Shown: positions 20,096 to 29,805, counted from the stretch's first letter. The stretch: DNA of 64,000 nucleotides from an uncultured virus (IMG/VR IMGVR_UViG_3300021400_004415) (IMGVR_UViG_3300021400_004415); one strand, 5' to 3'. A program made the numbers and translations. The notes: a model not told the origin generated them from the letters alone.

Positions 20096-20632
20096 TTAGC
20101 CCTGGTATGTATCTCGTATCTGTTTCTTGATGCGGAGCATCTCGTTGACGAGGCTTTTGAAGGTGGCGTTGGTGTCGTCCTTGGTGATATATGTCATGTT
20201 CTGGTCGTGGATGGGCGCTACCGGGTAATTGACTGCCGGATTGTATTTATGTGCCACTGAGATTGAGTCGAAGTAAAGGACCACGGTATCGGAAGTAAGG
20301 GTTACGGTTATATTTTTTCCCTGTCTTTTGATATCTACGTTTACGAGTCCTCTGGATTCAGTGTAGTCTTTTGATATATTCAGGCCGGGGAGCGTCATGT
20401 CCGTGTATTGCCTGTTGGCGGTGCAGTAGACGGTTCCCGTCATGCTGGCGCTGTTGTCCTGGTAGAAACGGATGAAGGCCTTTTCTGCGCTGGTATTGTC
20501 ATCCACGGTGAAGGTCTCCTGCATGACTATTTTATCGTCTATGACTTGATAGATGACCTGTGCACTGGTGTTGAAGAGGGAGATGAAGAGAACTGCTACG
20601 GTTACGAAGATGGAAAGGATGTAGTTTTTCAT
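20096..20632 (-). CDS. Secreted hypothetical protein
   Basis: Signal peptide ending TSA-Q. Confidence 0.75.
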   Translation of the reverse strand: MKNYILSIFVTVAVLFISLFNTSAQVIYQVIDDKIVMQETFTVDDNTSAEKAFIRFYQDNSASMTGTVYCTANRQYTDMTLPGLNISKDYTESRGLVNVDIKRQGKNITVTLTSDTVVLYFDSISVAHKYNPAVNYPVAPIHDQNMTYITKDDTNATFKSLVNEMLRIKKQIRDTYQG

Positions 20633-20654
20633 GGTGATTGTTGTTTGTTTTATA

Positions 20655-20895
20655 CCTTAACTTTGCTTGGATTTTCACCTGCTATGGGACCTTCGGGCCC
20701 ATGGTCTGGGGAAAATCTGAGCGAAGTGGCAAAGGGATAAAACCCTTCCCCGCAAGGGTTCTCCGCGAAAATACAACCGCAAGGCCCCGTCAAGGGGCCG
20801 CAGCCGAGCGCAGCGAAGGGGCTACCGCACGGTGGAGATTTTCGCGGGGAACAGCTCCGTCAGCTCTACTGACGAAGCCCCTTGCAGGGGAAGGG
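20655..20895. promoter_or_regulatory. Structured repeat element A, putative ssDNA promoter / ssi
   Basis: TAACTTTG at 20658 in hairpin 1; second long hairpin with AAAATAC..GGTGGAGATTTT core; closely related to elements at 37807 and 47628. Confidence 0.7.
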
Positions 20896-20911
20896 CCCAT
20901 ACCCGTAGGGA

Positions 20912-21277
20912 TTAAAACCAAGCGAGCCTGACGTAATTGCTGTCGTCCGGTGTTTCCTTGAGCCAGGTACGGAAGAGTTTCAGTACGTTTTCTTTGGTGT
21001 ACTCGTTGTCTCTTCTTTTGCTGGTACTCCAGTCGTTTTTCATTTTTTCGTCGAACTCCTTTTCGGATAAGTTTTCTATTTCGGAAACCATTTCGGCGAA
21101 TTCTGTTTTGTTGATTTCCCAGATAACGTCCGTATCGGCGCAACCGTCGCTACCGCAGTAGAAGTCGTCGCAGTAATCGTCGATGATGTTTTCAAGTCGC
21201 CAGGCGTCGTAGTTGAATCCTGAAGCGTCACCGTATTCGATGACGTATTTCTTGATTGCTGTTGCTCTGAGTCCCAT
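20912..21277 (-). CDS. Acidic hypothetical protein
   Basis: 121 aa, D/E-rich, follows dprA. Confidence 0.75.
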   Translation of the reverse strand: MGLRATAIKKYVIEYGDASGFNYDAWRLENIIDDYCDDFYCGSDGCADTDVIWEINKTEFAEMVSEIENLSEKEFDEKMKNDWSTSKRRDNEYTKENVLKLFRTWLKETPDDSNYVRLAWF

Positions 21278-21288
21278 GTTTTGTAGTT

Positions 21289-21987
21289 TTAAAGGTTGAT
21301 TGTTGTGAGTGTTTTAGGGTCATACAGTATTTCGGCTATCCCCTCCTTTATCAGCTGGTTGCATCCTTCGCTCCTGAGGTCTCCCATTAGTCCGGGAACG
21401 GCGAAGACAGGAATGTCTTTTTCTTGGGCTAATCGGGCTATTACCATGGATCCTCCCTTCGCTTTTGATTCGACGATTATGACGGCATCTGCGAGGTGTG
21501 TGATGAGGTGGTTCCGCCAGATGAAGTTAATAGCAATGGGTGCTGTTTTATCTGGAAATTGTGTCACAAGACAGCATCCTTCGGTAGAAGCGATATCCGC
21601 AGCGAGATTTTCATGCTGCAGGGGGTAGATTTTATCCAGCCCTGTTGGCAGTACCGCCACCGTGGGAAGTCCTATCTGAAGGGCGAAACGGTGTGCGTAC
21701 TGGTCAACGCCGAAGGCAAGACCCGATACGATTATCGGTTTGTCTTCTCGTTTGGAAAGAGCCGTGATTATTTCGCAGACCGCCTGACGCCCGTAAGAGT
21801 CGATATCCCTTGTTCCTATGACGGCGACCCGTGGACGTCTTGCGGTTTCGGGAGCAAGGAGGAGCGAGGGGTCTCCCTTGATGTAGATGGTATCTGTCTC
21901 TTTCCCGTCAGCTCCTTTCGGACCAGGATAATTACTGTTGATGAGTTTAGCCCACTCGAGAGTATTTTTCTTTATTGTTGTTATCAT
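21289..21987 (-). CDS. dprA: DNA-processing protein DprA (SLOG/Rossmann core only)
   Basis: VAVIGTR, IVSGLAFGVD, TVAVLPTGLDKIYP, IVESKAKGGS, VFAVPG, SEGCNQLIKEG. Confidence 0.93.
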   Translation of the reverse strand: MITTIKKNTLEWAKLINSNYPGPKGADGKETDTIYIKGDPSLLLAPETARRPRVAVIGTRDIDSYGRQAVCEIITALSKREDKPIIVSGLAFGVDQYAHRFALQIGLPTVAVLPTGLDKIYPLQHENLAADIASTEGCCLVTQFPDKTAPIAINFIWRNHLITHLADAVIIVESKAKGGSMVIARLAQEKDIPVFAVPGLMGDLRSEGCNQLIKEGIAEILYDPKTLTTINL

Positions 21988-22000
21988 GATTATTCTGTTA

Positions 22001-23515
22001 TTAAACAGTTGTTGTTATCCTGTCAAGGTATCGGAACGAGGATGCTTCGGCCACGTGCACGGGCATCACCTTCTCGGTTCCGTCCATGTCAGCTATGGTG
22101 CGTGCCAGCCGGAGGATGCGCGTGTACGAGCGTGCGGAGAGGCCGAGGCGTGTGATGATCTTGTCAAGGATAACCTTCGTTTCAGGCTCGTCCCCGACGA
22201 CCTCCTCAAGCTTCTGTGCTGTCAGTTCGTCGTTAAGGCATCCCTGGCGTGCAAGCTGCTTCTCCCTTGTGGCTTGGACTCTCTTTCGGACATCCTCGAT
22301 GTCCTCGTGGCAGGTGTCCTCGACGGCGTTTGTCTGGTTGAGCCACACCTGCATCGCTATGTGGTCCATTACCGGCCCGCTGAGGTGTGACAGGTAAGCG
22401 GCTCTCTGCGCGGGTGTGCAGGTGCAACGGTCACCGACGCCGTAATAACCGCAGGGGCACGGATTGGTGGCGGCTACGAGTTGGAAGTTTGCCGGGTACT
22501 CAATCACGGTCCTGAGTCTTGTTATCTTTACCTCCTTGTCTTCGAGAGGCCCTCGTAGGGCCTCGGTGACGGCCTTTGGTATTTCAGCGAATTCGTCAAG
22601 GAAGAGCACCCCGTTATGTGCCAGGGATATCTCTCCGGGACGGATGTCGTCTGATGCGCCGCCGCCGAGAAGAGCGGGGAACGATATCGAGCAGTGGTGA
22701 GGAGCTCTGAAAGGAGGTCTTTTCTCGTCACGGTTTTTTATGTTCCCGGCTAGGGAGTATATGCCTGCCGTGACGGCGCTTTGCATGAAGCCCAGAGGGG
22801 GAAGGAGTTCCGCAAGGGCCTTTGCGCATGTGCTTTTCCCCGACCCCGGGGCGCCCACGAAGATGATGTTGTGTCCGCCTGAGGCTGCTATTTCGAGAGC
22901 CCTTCTTGCTGCTACGTTCCCCGCGTGTATGAGGTCCCATGCAAGGGGTTTTTTCTCCTTTTCCTGAGGGAACGTGAGGTCGTGCAGCTCTTTCACCTCG
23001 TCGGTCTTCCCTGTCAGCACTTTGACGGCTTCTCCGAGGGTATCGACCGGATAGACCTCTACTCCGCCTGCGAAAGGAAGGAGCTCTTCGGCGTTCGCCT
23101 TCGGCACTATGAGGGATAGTCCTTCCCTTTTTGCGAGAAAGAGGGCCGGGACGCATCCGGGTACGCTCCGGACGGAGCCGTCAAGGCCGAGTTCGCCTGC
23201 GATGAGGTACTTTTCGTGGGATAGGAACTGTGCCTGCTCGCTTGCCCCGATGACCGCAAGGGCTATGGGGAGGTCGAAGCCGCATCCACTCTTGCGGAGG
23301 TCTGCCGGTGCGAGGTTGATGACAATTTTCTTTCCGGGGATATTATACCCGTTAGCCTGTAAGGCTGTCACCGTCCTAAGGAGGCTCTCCCTCGCGGCGG
23401 TATCGGCCAGGCCCACAAGATGGATTCCGATATTTGAGGTGGCGATTTCTGTTTCAACGGTGACCGGGACAGCCTGGATGCCGACTGTCTTGAATGACTT
23501 GAGTGTGGTTATCAT
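22001..23515 (-). CDS. comM: ComM/YifB family AAA+ helicase
   Basis: VINLAPADLRKSG, GELGLDG, GAPGSGKS, PFRAPHH, GEISLAHNGVLFLDE, NPCPCG, LSAR..RLARTIAD. Confidence 0.95.
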   Translation of the reverse strand: MITTLKSFKTVGIQAVPVTVETEIATSNIGIHLVGLADTAARESLLRTVTALQANGYNIPGKKIVINLAPADLRKSGCGFDLPIALAVIGASEQAQFLSHEKYLIAGELGLDGSVRSVPGCVPALFLAKREGLSLIVPKANAEELLPFAGGVEVYPVDTLGEAVKVLTGKTDEVKELHDLTFPQEKEKKPLAWDLIHAGNVAARRALEIAASGGHNIIFVGAPGSGKSTCAKALAELLPPLGFMQSAVTAGIYSLAGNIKNRDEKRPPFRAPHHCSISFPALLGGGASDDIRPGEISLAHNGVLFLDEFAEIPKAVTEALRGPLEDKEVKITRLRTVIEYPANFQLVAATNPCPCGYYGVGDRCTCTPAQRAAYLSHLSGPVMDHIAMQVWLNQTNAVEDTCHEDIEDVRKRVQATREKQLARQGCLNDELTAQKLEEVVGDEPETKVILDKIITRLGLSARSYTRILRLARTIADMDGTEKVMPVHVAEASSFRYLDRITTTV

Positions 23516-23961
23516 AGGTAATCGTATATTTTTTCTGTATTGAATGAAAACAAGTCCTTATCTCCGATGATAAGGAAGTCCACGAGCTTGATTTGGAGTG
23601 TGTTGAGCGCCTTTTTGATTTCCTTGGCGGTGTTTATATCGTTTAAAGATGGTTCAGATTCACCTGTAGGGTGGTTGTGTACGATGATGACGCCGTCTGC
23701 GAGGATATCGATAGCCGTGCGGCATATCACTTTTACGTCAAGGTTGCATTTGTGCTGTGTCCCGACGCTTATGGTCTCGAAGCCGATGATGCGGCTTGCG
23801 TTGTTCGTGAAGACCGCGACGGCGGTCTCCCTCCAGCTGTTCTCTTCCTTGAAGATTTTCTCTTTGAGCCACTGCAGCAGTTTTTCCGGTTCTTGTATGC
23901 AGGGACCGAGTTCGCCTATGCGTTTTACGCTAGTACTGTACTGATAGGAATATTCTTTCAT
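23512..23961 (-). CDS. radC: RadC-like JAB domain protein
   Basis: IIVHNHPTGESEPSLND..LVDFLIIG; start placed at MKEYSYQY. Confidence 0.88.
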   Translation of the reverse strand: MKEYSYQYSTSVKRIGELGPCIQEPEKLLQWLKEKIFKEENSWRETAVAVFTNNASRIIGFETISVGTQHKCNLDVKVICRTAIDILADGVIIVHNHPTGESEPSLNDINTAKEIKKALNTLQIKLVDFLIIGDKDLFSFNTEKIYDYL

Positions 23962-24439
23962 TTTGATTGTCGTTTTTGATGATTTTGTCATCTTCGTTTG
24001 TGATATAGGAAAGGATTTCCGAGGCGGCGTCACCGCGTTTGAAGTAATGGCAGTAGGTCGGAACGACGAGGTATCCGTCGATGTAGTTGTTCTGCGTGTC
24101 GGTGACGACCCAGTAGAAGGGCTCAAGGTGTTTTTCCCTGTTTATGGTAAAGAACATATAAAGGATAACTTCTTCTTGGCGTTCTTTGTCAAGCAGTATT
24201 TCCTTGATCCGGGTGGGGATGTTATGCCGTGTAAACGGTTTCATGTCGAACTGCATGAGTTGTCCTTTCGGGAATGCCAGCTCAGCGCATTCCGTCTCTT
24301 TCCAGGGACGGATGTAACTGCTTACCTGGGTATTACAGAAGGCGTTCCCGGTTGTGATGCAGTTCGTCTGTTTATCAAACCGTTTCCAGCCGGAGGCGAT
24401 GATTTGTCGCCCTTTGTTGTTGTAGGTCGCTTTTTTCAT
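23930..24439 (-). CDS. Hypothetical protein, first gene of the radC-comM-dprA unit
   Basis: Start placed at MKKATYNN directly below element B. Confidence 0.7.
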   Translation of the reverse strand: MKKATYNNKGRQIIASGWKRFDKQTNCITTGNAFCNTQVSSYIRPWKETECAELAFPKGQLMQFDMKPFTRHNIPTRIKEILLDKERQEEVILYMFFTINREKHLEPFYWVVTDTQNNYIDGYLVVPTYCHYFKRGDAASEILSYITNEDDKIIKNDNQNERIFLSVQY

Positions 24440-24457
24440 GGCGTTTGAGGGAGTTGT

Positions 24458-24625
24458 ATTAACCTTTGTGGAGCCTTTCAGTCCGCCACGGGGTCTCCGA
24501 CACCGTAGGCGGGCTTGAAAGGACGGAACTGGTAAATACAACGGAAAACGGGCGAGTGAGCACCGGAGGAAAAATACTACCCTTCACGGGTGGAGATTTT
24601 TCCTCCGGGCGCAGCCGCCGCGACT
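24458..24625. promoter_or_regulatory. Structured repeat element B, putative ssDNA promoter / ssi
   Basis: CCGGAGGAAAAATACTACCC..GGGTGGAGATTTTTCCTCCGG core hairpin plus an upstream hairpin with a degenerate AACCTTTG box. Confidence 0.65.
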
Positions 24626-24688
24626 GGGACATGAAAATGAAACGGACTCTTTATGGGAGCCCGTTTCATCATTTGTCTGTTATCGTTG

Positions 24689-25027
24689 TTATTCATTTTC
24701 CGTGAAATAGGGTAGTCCTTCGGCTAGGATTCCCCTGACGAGGTAGTAAGCTTCATAGAGTCCGCTGGGGCATGAGGCTTCACAGAGGAAGTAACCGTCC
24801 TGTTCCTTGATGATTCGGTCTCCGTGTTCACGGTCGTCAAGGATAGTGTTCCGTATGGTTCCGTTAGCCCTTGCCGTGTCGATGTTCTCATGTCCGTAAT
24901 CCCATTCCGCAAGGTGTTCAAGGGCCTTCCTTGTCCATCCTCTCTTCACCCATTTCTTCACTTGTTCGAAGGAATCCTTATCAGAGGGCTGGTTGGTATC
25001 CAGCCTTACAATTTCATAATAAAACAT
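24689..25027 (-). CDS. Hypothetical protein
   Basis: Start placed at MFYYEIV; contains LEHLAEWDYG. Confidence 0.7.
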   Translation of the reverse strand: MFYYEIVRLDTNQPSDKDSFEQVKKWVKRGWTRKALEHLAEWDYGHENIDTARANGTIRNTILDDREHGDRIIKEQDGYFLCEASCPSGLYEAYYLVRGILAEGLPYFTENE

Positions 25028-25034
25028 ATAGGTA

Positions 25035-25313
25035 TCAGTTTTCGTAAATAATGTCAATTTCAGGGCTTTCGTGTATCTCTGGATTATAAAGCACGTCGGC
25101 TCCTTTGCGGATGGCTTCTTCACGTGAGGCGCAGGGGTAGTCGCAACCGTCTACGTGACAGTTCCACTTCTCGTCCCAGTACCACGCACCGGGCTCGTCG
25201 ACGGAGAAGTAATGCTCCTCACACTCTTTCCCCTTGTATGTGTATCGACGCATTACGGGGTGGCAACCTTTTCGGCAACCCTCGTCACTCTTGTATATAA
25301 GTGTTCTGCACAT
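25035..25313 (-). CDS. Hypothetical protein
   Basis: 92 aa, co-oriented. Confidence 0.65.
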   Translation of the reverse strand: MCRTLIYKSDEGCRKGCHPVMRRYTYKGKECEEHYFSVDEPGAWYWDEKWNCHVDGCDYPCASREEAIRKGADVLYNPEIHESPEIDIIYEN

Positions 25314-25328
25314 GAGAGGAAAAATTTT

Positions 25329-25826
25329 TTATAGTTGGTATGCTATTATCAATAGTTCCTCGGCTTGTTCTTTCAACAGGTTTTTCTCCTTTTCCGTGAG
25401 GACATCTATATTCTTGAAGCCTCCGTTGGCTGTCAGTTTGTTGATAGACTTAACCAGGAGCGCTTCGAAGGGCGTCAGGGACTGCTTGTCCCTTTCTCCC
25501 GGAATAAGGATTTTGGTGAAAGGAGGAGTGACGGTGACTGCCCGCACGATTTCTTTTTCCCCGTTTTTAACCCTGATGGTCCAGTTGTCATCCCTTTCTT
25601 CGCCCTCGACGTCCATTTCAATGACAGTCTCGGGGAATTCTTTCGAGACTTCCATAAGGTCATCGTCCGAGTCATACCACTTGGCGTCAAAGACGATTCC
25701 ACTGTCGGGTGAATCGTCTTTCTCTATGTTGTACCCGGAGCGGTCTTCTATTGCCTTGAAAATTTCTTTTGCTTTTTTCTCATCATCCGTATTTACAGTG
25801 ATGAAGTAGTTTGAACAGTATCCCAT
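25329..25826 (-). CDS. Phage/plasmid-type hypothetical protein
   Basis: MGYCSNY..KWYDSDDDLMEVSKEFP..GEERDDNW. Confidence 0.75.
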   Translation of the reverse strand: MGYCSNYFITVNTDDEKKAKEIFKAIEDRSGYNIEKDDSPDSGIVFDAKWYDSDDDLMEVSKEFPETVIEMDVEGEERDDNWTIRVKNGEKEIVRAVTVTPPFTKILIPGERDKQSLTPFEALLVKSINKLTANGGFKNIDVLTEKEKNLLKEQAEELLIIAYQL

Positions 25827-25830
25827 GGTG

Positions 25831-26682
25831 TTATTTGTTAGATAAGTAATCTGCCATTCCAAAGATGATATCGAGGAATAATGGATTTAGTTCATTTGTC
25901 AGGTCGCACAAAGGAACGTCTTCTTTGTACATGTCTCGTTTGTCACGCAGGAAGGAACCTTCCTTGTTGATGATTACCCACGATTCGTCAAGGTCGACGG
26001 CTTTTTCTCCCGACGGGAGGGTGATGAGTTTGTCTCCGGAGTAGTTATTGATTATTCCGAGGGCTTGTTTTAGCAGTTCCCTGGTCTGGGATGCGTATGC
26101 ATTTGCGAATGAATCGCAGTCCGGGTACGGGTAAATCGGCCTTGGCCATTCGAGCGGTTTTTCGTTATTTCCCGTTTTGTTCAGGGCGACGTGAGTCATT
26201 TGCATGTCTTCGATGTTATCTTTGATTTTTTCGACTGCTTCGTCGACAATCCGGGCGAATTCCTTTTCCGACGGATTACAGGGGTCGGTGACACTGATTG
26301 TAACCGTGGCTTCGGGAGAGAAGGAAACCGTGTAGGTTGATATCTTGGCTCCGAATGCCTCAGCTTTCCAGATATCCAGGAGTTCTTTCATCATGCTCTT
26401 GCAGGCTTTCATGTCGGCAAGGACATCCTCAGGGTCTTCCGGGGCTCCGTTCTGTCCCTTGCCGTCCCGGATCCAGAGCTGTGCTTCATCCCATGGATCA
26501 TAGCCGTCAATGTAATCCTCAAGGGCGCTGATAAGCTCCTGCGGTTTATTGGTCTTAGGAAGGGTAACGAAGAAATCCTGGCCTTCTGGAGAGTATTTCT
26601 GTATCTCGATTTCGTCCGAATATTTTCTTACGTCCCAGTCGTTTTCCTCTGCTATGGAGAGGAGTTTTTTGATTGTTGTCAT
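25831..26682 (-). CDS. Hypothetical protein
   Basis: Start placed at MTTIKKLL; KYSPEGQDF..GQNGAP. Confidence 0.75.
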   Translation of the reverse strand: MTTIKKLLSIAEENDWDVRKYSDEIEIQKYSPEGQDFFVTLPKTNKPQELISALEDYIDGYDPWDEAQLWIRDGKGQNGAPEDPEDVLADMKACKSMMKELLDIWKAEAFGAKISTYTVSFSPEATVTISVTDPCNPSEKEFARIVDEAVEKIKDNIEDMQMTHVALNKTGNNEKPLEWPRPIYPYPDCDSFANAYASQTRELLKQALGIINNYSGDKLITLPSGEKAVDLDESWVIINKEGSFLRDKRDMYKEDVPLCDLTNELNPLFLDIIFGMADYLSNK

Positions 26683-26695
26683 GGTTGTGTTGTTT

Positions 26696-26953
26696 TCAGT
26701 TTTCGATTTTCCAGAGCCAGACTTTGCCAGAGTATTTTGTTTCGACACAGGCGTCAGGTTCCGCCATGTGCGGCATTGATTCTTTCCAGTCCTCGGCATA
26801 GAGGTAGAAGTAACTCCCGTGTTCGATTTTCGGGGCGTCCTCTTTTGCTCCTATGAGTTCCTGGAGAGTGACAACGTCGGTGTAGTTCACGGTTCCTCCG
26901 TCAACGAGCAGTCCGGCGTCGTCGGCGGCTTTGAGTATGTCTATTGCTTTCAT
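26696..26953 (-). CDS. Hypothetical protein
   Basis: 85 aa, co-oriented. Confidence 0.65.
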   Translation of the reverse strand: MKAIDILKAADDAGLLVDGGTVNYTDVVTLQELIGAKEDAPKIEHGSYFYLYAEDWKESMPHMAEPDACVETKYSGKVWLWKIEN

Positions 26954-26967
26954 GGTTTTTGTCTTGT

Positions 26968-27245
26968 TTATTTGCGCTTTTTAGTGGCTTTGGTGATGAG
27001 CTCTTTCCCTGTGTCGATGACGATGGAATCAGGCATGGGGCCTCCGTTCTTGATGAAGAATTTGGCACGGCAGGCGTCCTCGAAGTACTTCATCGGGAAT
27101 TCTTTTCCCGGGAAGGAATCGGGATCGAATTCTCCTCTAAGCCAGAAGAGCCAGCGTTTTTCGTCTTTTCTCCATTCGAACTGGAAGAGTTCAAGTGGAG
27201 CGTAGAAACTGAGGCCGGTGTAGTTGTTTAGGGTGGTAGCTATTT
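26968..27245 (-). pseudogene. Protein-like open frame without a canonical start (fragment or frameshift extension)
   Basis: Frame reads IATTLNNYTGLSFYAPLELFQFEWRKDEKRWLFWLRGEF..TKKRK*; lies in the -1 frame relative to the upstream ORF end. Confidence 0.45.
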
Positions 27246-28088
27246 TCTTTCGAGTTTGCAGATTTCTTCTGGAAAGCAGAACACTTCATCGTCATTTCCT
27301 TCTATCTTTACCACCCACATAGGCATGGATTCTATGTCACATTCCTCTGCTGTGGCGCGACGGATGACCTTGAACGGTCTGCCGTTGTAGTCGGACATGT
27401 CGGAGTAGGGAGAGCGGAAAGTATCGGCGAAACCGGTTGTCTCGTAGAGGGTGAAACAGTCTTCTATGAAGACTGTGAGCTGCTCATCGGTCATGTCTTC
27501 ACGGTCGATTCCGTCCCATTTGGCCTTGAAGGCCTTTTCACGGTCCTTGGAGCTTCTGGTGACGGTAAGGATTCCATATTTTTTTTCTTCAATTACGCTT
27601 TTCATGCAGGTCATAGGGTCGCGTTTGGTCTTACCGAACATCTCCTCGTGGCAAACTAGAGCCAGTGAGAGGTCGTCTATGGCACGGTCGATGTTCTTTT
27701 TGATTTTGACTTCCGTCGAGCATGGCGCCGGTGAACGGTACGGCCAGTAGCCGCTCTTGGTGATACCTTTCAATGTTTCGAGGTTGTCCGATAGCAGCGT
27801 ACCGATATCTTTCTTGTCTTCGCCGGAGAGCTGCTGACGAATCATCAAGATGTTGTAGTGCTCACCGGCCCGGTTTTCCGGGTTGGAGGAAACGAAGGTG
27901 AGGTCTTCGACACTTTCGGAGATATCATAGTTCATCTCCTGTGCGAGTGACCTCGCCTTTTCCACATTCTCCTTAAAGGTAGCCAAGGCGTCATTGAAGT
28001 CAGTGGATGCTTTGAGTACTTTGACTTGGCTTTCGAAATTGCTTGCGGTGTCCCTGAGGACGATGAAAATTTCTTTTGACTTTGACAT
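27240..28088 (-). CDS. Hypothetical protein (apparently multi-module)
   Basis: 282 aa, co-oriented. Confidence 0.75.
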   Translation of the reverse strand: MSKSKEIFIVLRDTASNFESQVKVLKASTDFNDALATFKENVEKARSLAQEMNYDISESVEDLTFVSSNPENRAGEHYNILMIRQQLSGEDKKDIGTLLSDNLETLKGITKSGYWPYRSPAPCSTEVKIKKNIDRAIDDLSLALVCHEEMFGKTKRDPMTCMKSVIEEKKYGILTVTRSSKDREKAFKAKWDGIDREDMTDEQLTVFIEDCFTLYETTGFADTFRSPYSDMSDYNGRPFKVIRRATAEECDIESMPMWVVKIEGNDDEVFCFPEEICKLERK

Positions 28089-28103
28089 GGCGTTTTTTCG
28101 TTT

Positions 28104-28535
28104 TCATTTGTTGAACATCCCGGTATTATACCATTCTTCCGACACCCAGATGTTGTCGGGGATTGGTCCGGCATCAATGAACATGCGAATCATCTCGATT
28201 CCGGTATAGCCGTTAAGGGAACGGTTGTAGGTGTTCCTGTAGGCTATCATGAAACGTTTGTCAGGGTGCTGTCTTGCGACCGAGTACATCTTCTTGATGG
28301 ATTCGGTTATCTCCTTGGATGGGATGGAACGGAACCCGTTGTTAATCCGTACTCGCAGGTCCTTGGTCGGAATGGCGTAGGAGTGGCCTTTTAGGCCCTC
28401 CCCGCATCCGTAAACTGCACCGAAATTGAGCCGCGCCACCTTGGCGGCCCCGGCGCCGTGGCGTCCTTCGGGGTTCGAGCCGAAGACGAAGATGGTATCG
28501 TCAGCCGGGGTGATGTTTCCTGTGTAATGATTCAT
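28104..28535 (-). CDS. A1S_2505-family phage protein (macro-domain-like)
   Basis: IFVFGSNPEGRHGAGAAKVA..FGAVYG.GEGL.G.SYAIPTK signature. Confidence 0.8.
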   Translation of the reverse strand: MNHYTGNITPADDTIFVFGSNPEGRHGAGAAKVARLNFGAVYGCGEGLKGHSYAIPTKDLRVRINNGFRSIPSKEITESIKKMYSVARQHPDKRFMIAYRNTYNRSLNGYTGIEMIRMFIDAGPIPDNIWVSEEWYNTGMFNK

Positions 28536-28548
28536 AATGAAATAAGTT

Positions 28549-28722
28549 TTAGTCGTGACAGACAGTCTTTCCGTGGCGGAGCTGTGACAGGATTGCGAAG
28601 TAGCGCTCCTGTTCGGAGCCCTCGGAGTTTTCGGCGCAGTCCCAGAAGTAGTCTTCTGCGGCCTCGCGGCTTGCGAAAGTCATTTTACTGCCGTAGCAGG
28701 TGACGGTAATCTTTGTTTTCAT
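28549..28722 (-). CDS. Small hypothetical protein (57 aa)
   Basis: Manual translation MKTKITVTCYGSKMTFASREAAEDYFWDCAENSEGSEQERYFAIL... Confidence 0.65.
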   Translation of the reverse strand: MKTKITVTCYGSKMTFASREAAEDYFWDCAENSEGSEQERYFAILSQLRHGKTVCHD

Positions 28723-28734
28723 GTTGTGATTGAT

Positions 28735-28947
28735 TTATGATAGTACGAGGTCTTGTGGATCCGGGAGGCCGTCGGGACGTATTTGTCCTTTTGTGTTCCA
28801 CATCTCTACGATTCCACCTTCAATCCTTCCCACGATGGTCGTTTCTCCGTAGAAGTTCCTTGCGAAGTCGTCGATGATGACGCTGAGTCCGCTGCGCGTC
28901 GTGACCGATGCCCCGGTTCGCGCTTGTTCAATGTCAAACGGTTTCAT
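28735..28947 (-). CDS. Small phage-type hypothetical protein
   Basis: MKPFDIEQARTGASVTTRSG..DLVL. Confidence 0.7.
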   Translation of the reverse strand: MKPFDIEQARTGASVTTRSGLSVIIDDFARNFYGETTIVGRIEGGIVEMWNTKGQIRPDGLPDPQDLVLS

Positions 28948-29422
28948 TTTCGTTCTCCTTTTCATAGACATAATCCACGTAAGCGGGGTCCTTGCAGGCC
29001 TTGACAGCAAGGCGGTCGGCCTGTTCGTTGTACTTGACGTTGTGGTGTGCTTGTACCTTGAGAAAATAGAGGTTTACGCCCTGGCCGCGAAGCGATTCTA
29101 CGATTCCGTCCATTTTCTGCCAGAGGTCGTTGTTTTTCTTGCGCTTCCAGCCGTTGTTCATCGTTCCCACGATGATCTGGCTGTCACTGAGGATAGTGAC
29201 GGTAAATTCATTCTCGCCGCGCTTCCTTGCGTTCGAGATGAGTGTTTCGGCGAATTCGAGTCCCTTGATAACGGCCGTTATCTCCATGCGGTTATTGGTC
29301 GTGAGGCGGTAACCTCCGAAGGCCTCATATACCTGGTTGTCATCGGTGATGGCTATCATGGCCGCGCCGCCGGGGCCGGGGTTGCCGGAGCAGGCTCCGT
29401 CTGTGAATATCTTGATTTTCAT
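28934..29422 (-). CDS. rnhA: Ribonuclease HI
   Basis: IFTDGACSGNPGPGG, TTNNRMEI, SDSQ, NNDLW, NEQADRLA. Confidence 0.95.
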   Translation of the reverse strand: MKIKIFTDGACSGNPGPGGAAMIAITDDNQVYEAFGGYRLTTNNRMEITAVIKGLEFAETLISNARKRGENEFTVTILSDSQIIVGTMNNGWKRKKNNDLWQKMDGIVESLRGQGVNLYFLKVQAHHNVKYNEQADRLAVKACKDPAYVDYVYEKENENETV

Positions 29423-29436
29423 AAGGCGTGTGTGTT

Positions 29437-29793
29437 TTACTCTGATATTTCCTCAATGAAACGGTCATGGATGGGAATTGGTACGTTGCAGCGTGTGTAA
29501 CCGAAGTTGTATCCGAATGCGTTGCTGGTGTAGAGGAAATTTCCTCCGAAGGTCTGCATCATACCTTGTGGCTTGATGAGGGGTTCAGCGTAGGAGTGGT
29601 TTTCTTCCCAGATTTCCCTTTTCACGAGGTAGAACTGTTTTTCGGGGTCTTTGCCGTTGGCATTGCACCAGGCAATAGCCTCTTCTTTTGTGCAGTCCCA
29701 GAAGAGATAGGCGCTGTCAACGCGGTTGGAAAGTCCGTTGTTGGAGTAGTCTCCGGCTTTGCAGACGTAGACGGAGTGGAGTACGTGTTTCAT
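29437..29793 (-). CDS. Phage/plasmid-type hypothetical protein
   Basis: DYSNNGLS..FGGNFLYTS..PIPIHDRF. Confidence 0.75.
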   Translation of the reverse strand: MKHVLHSVYVCKAGDYSNNGLSNRVDSAYLFWDCTKEEAIAWCNANGKDPEKQFYLVKREIWEENHSYAEPLIKPQGMMQTFGGNFLYTSNAFGYNFGYTRCNVPIPIHDRFIEEISE

Positions 29794-29805
29794 GGCTTGT
29801 GCGTT

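Noticed and set aside
22001..23515. Magnesium chelatase function
   Set aside because: Legacy family label; Lon-like N-terminus, CPCG motif and linkage to dprA indicate ComM.
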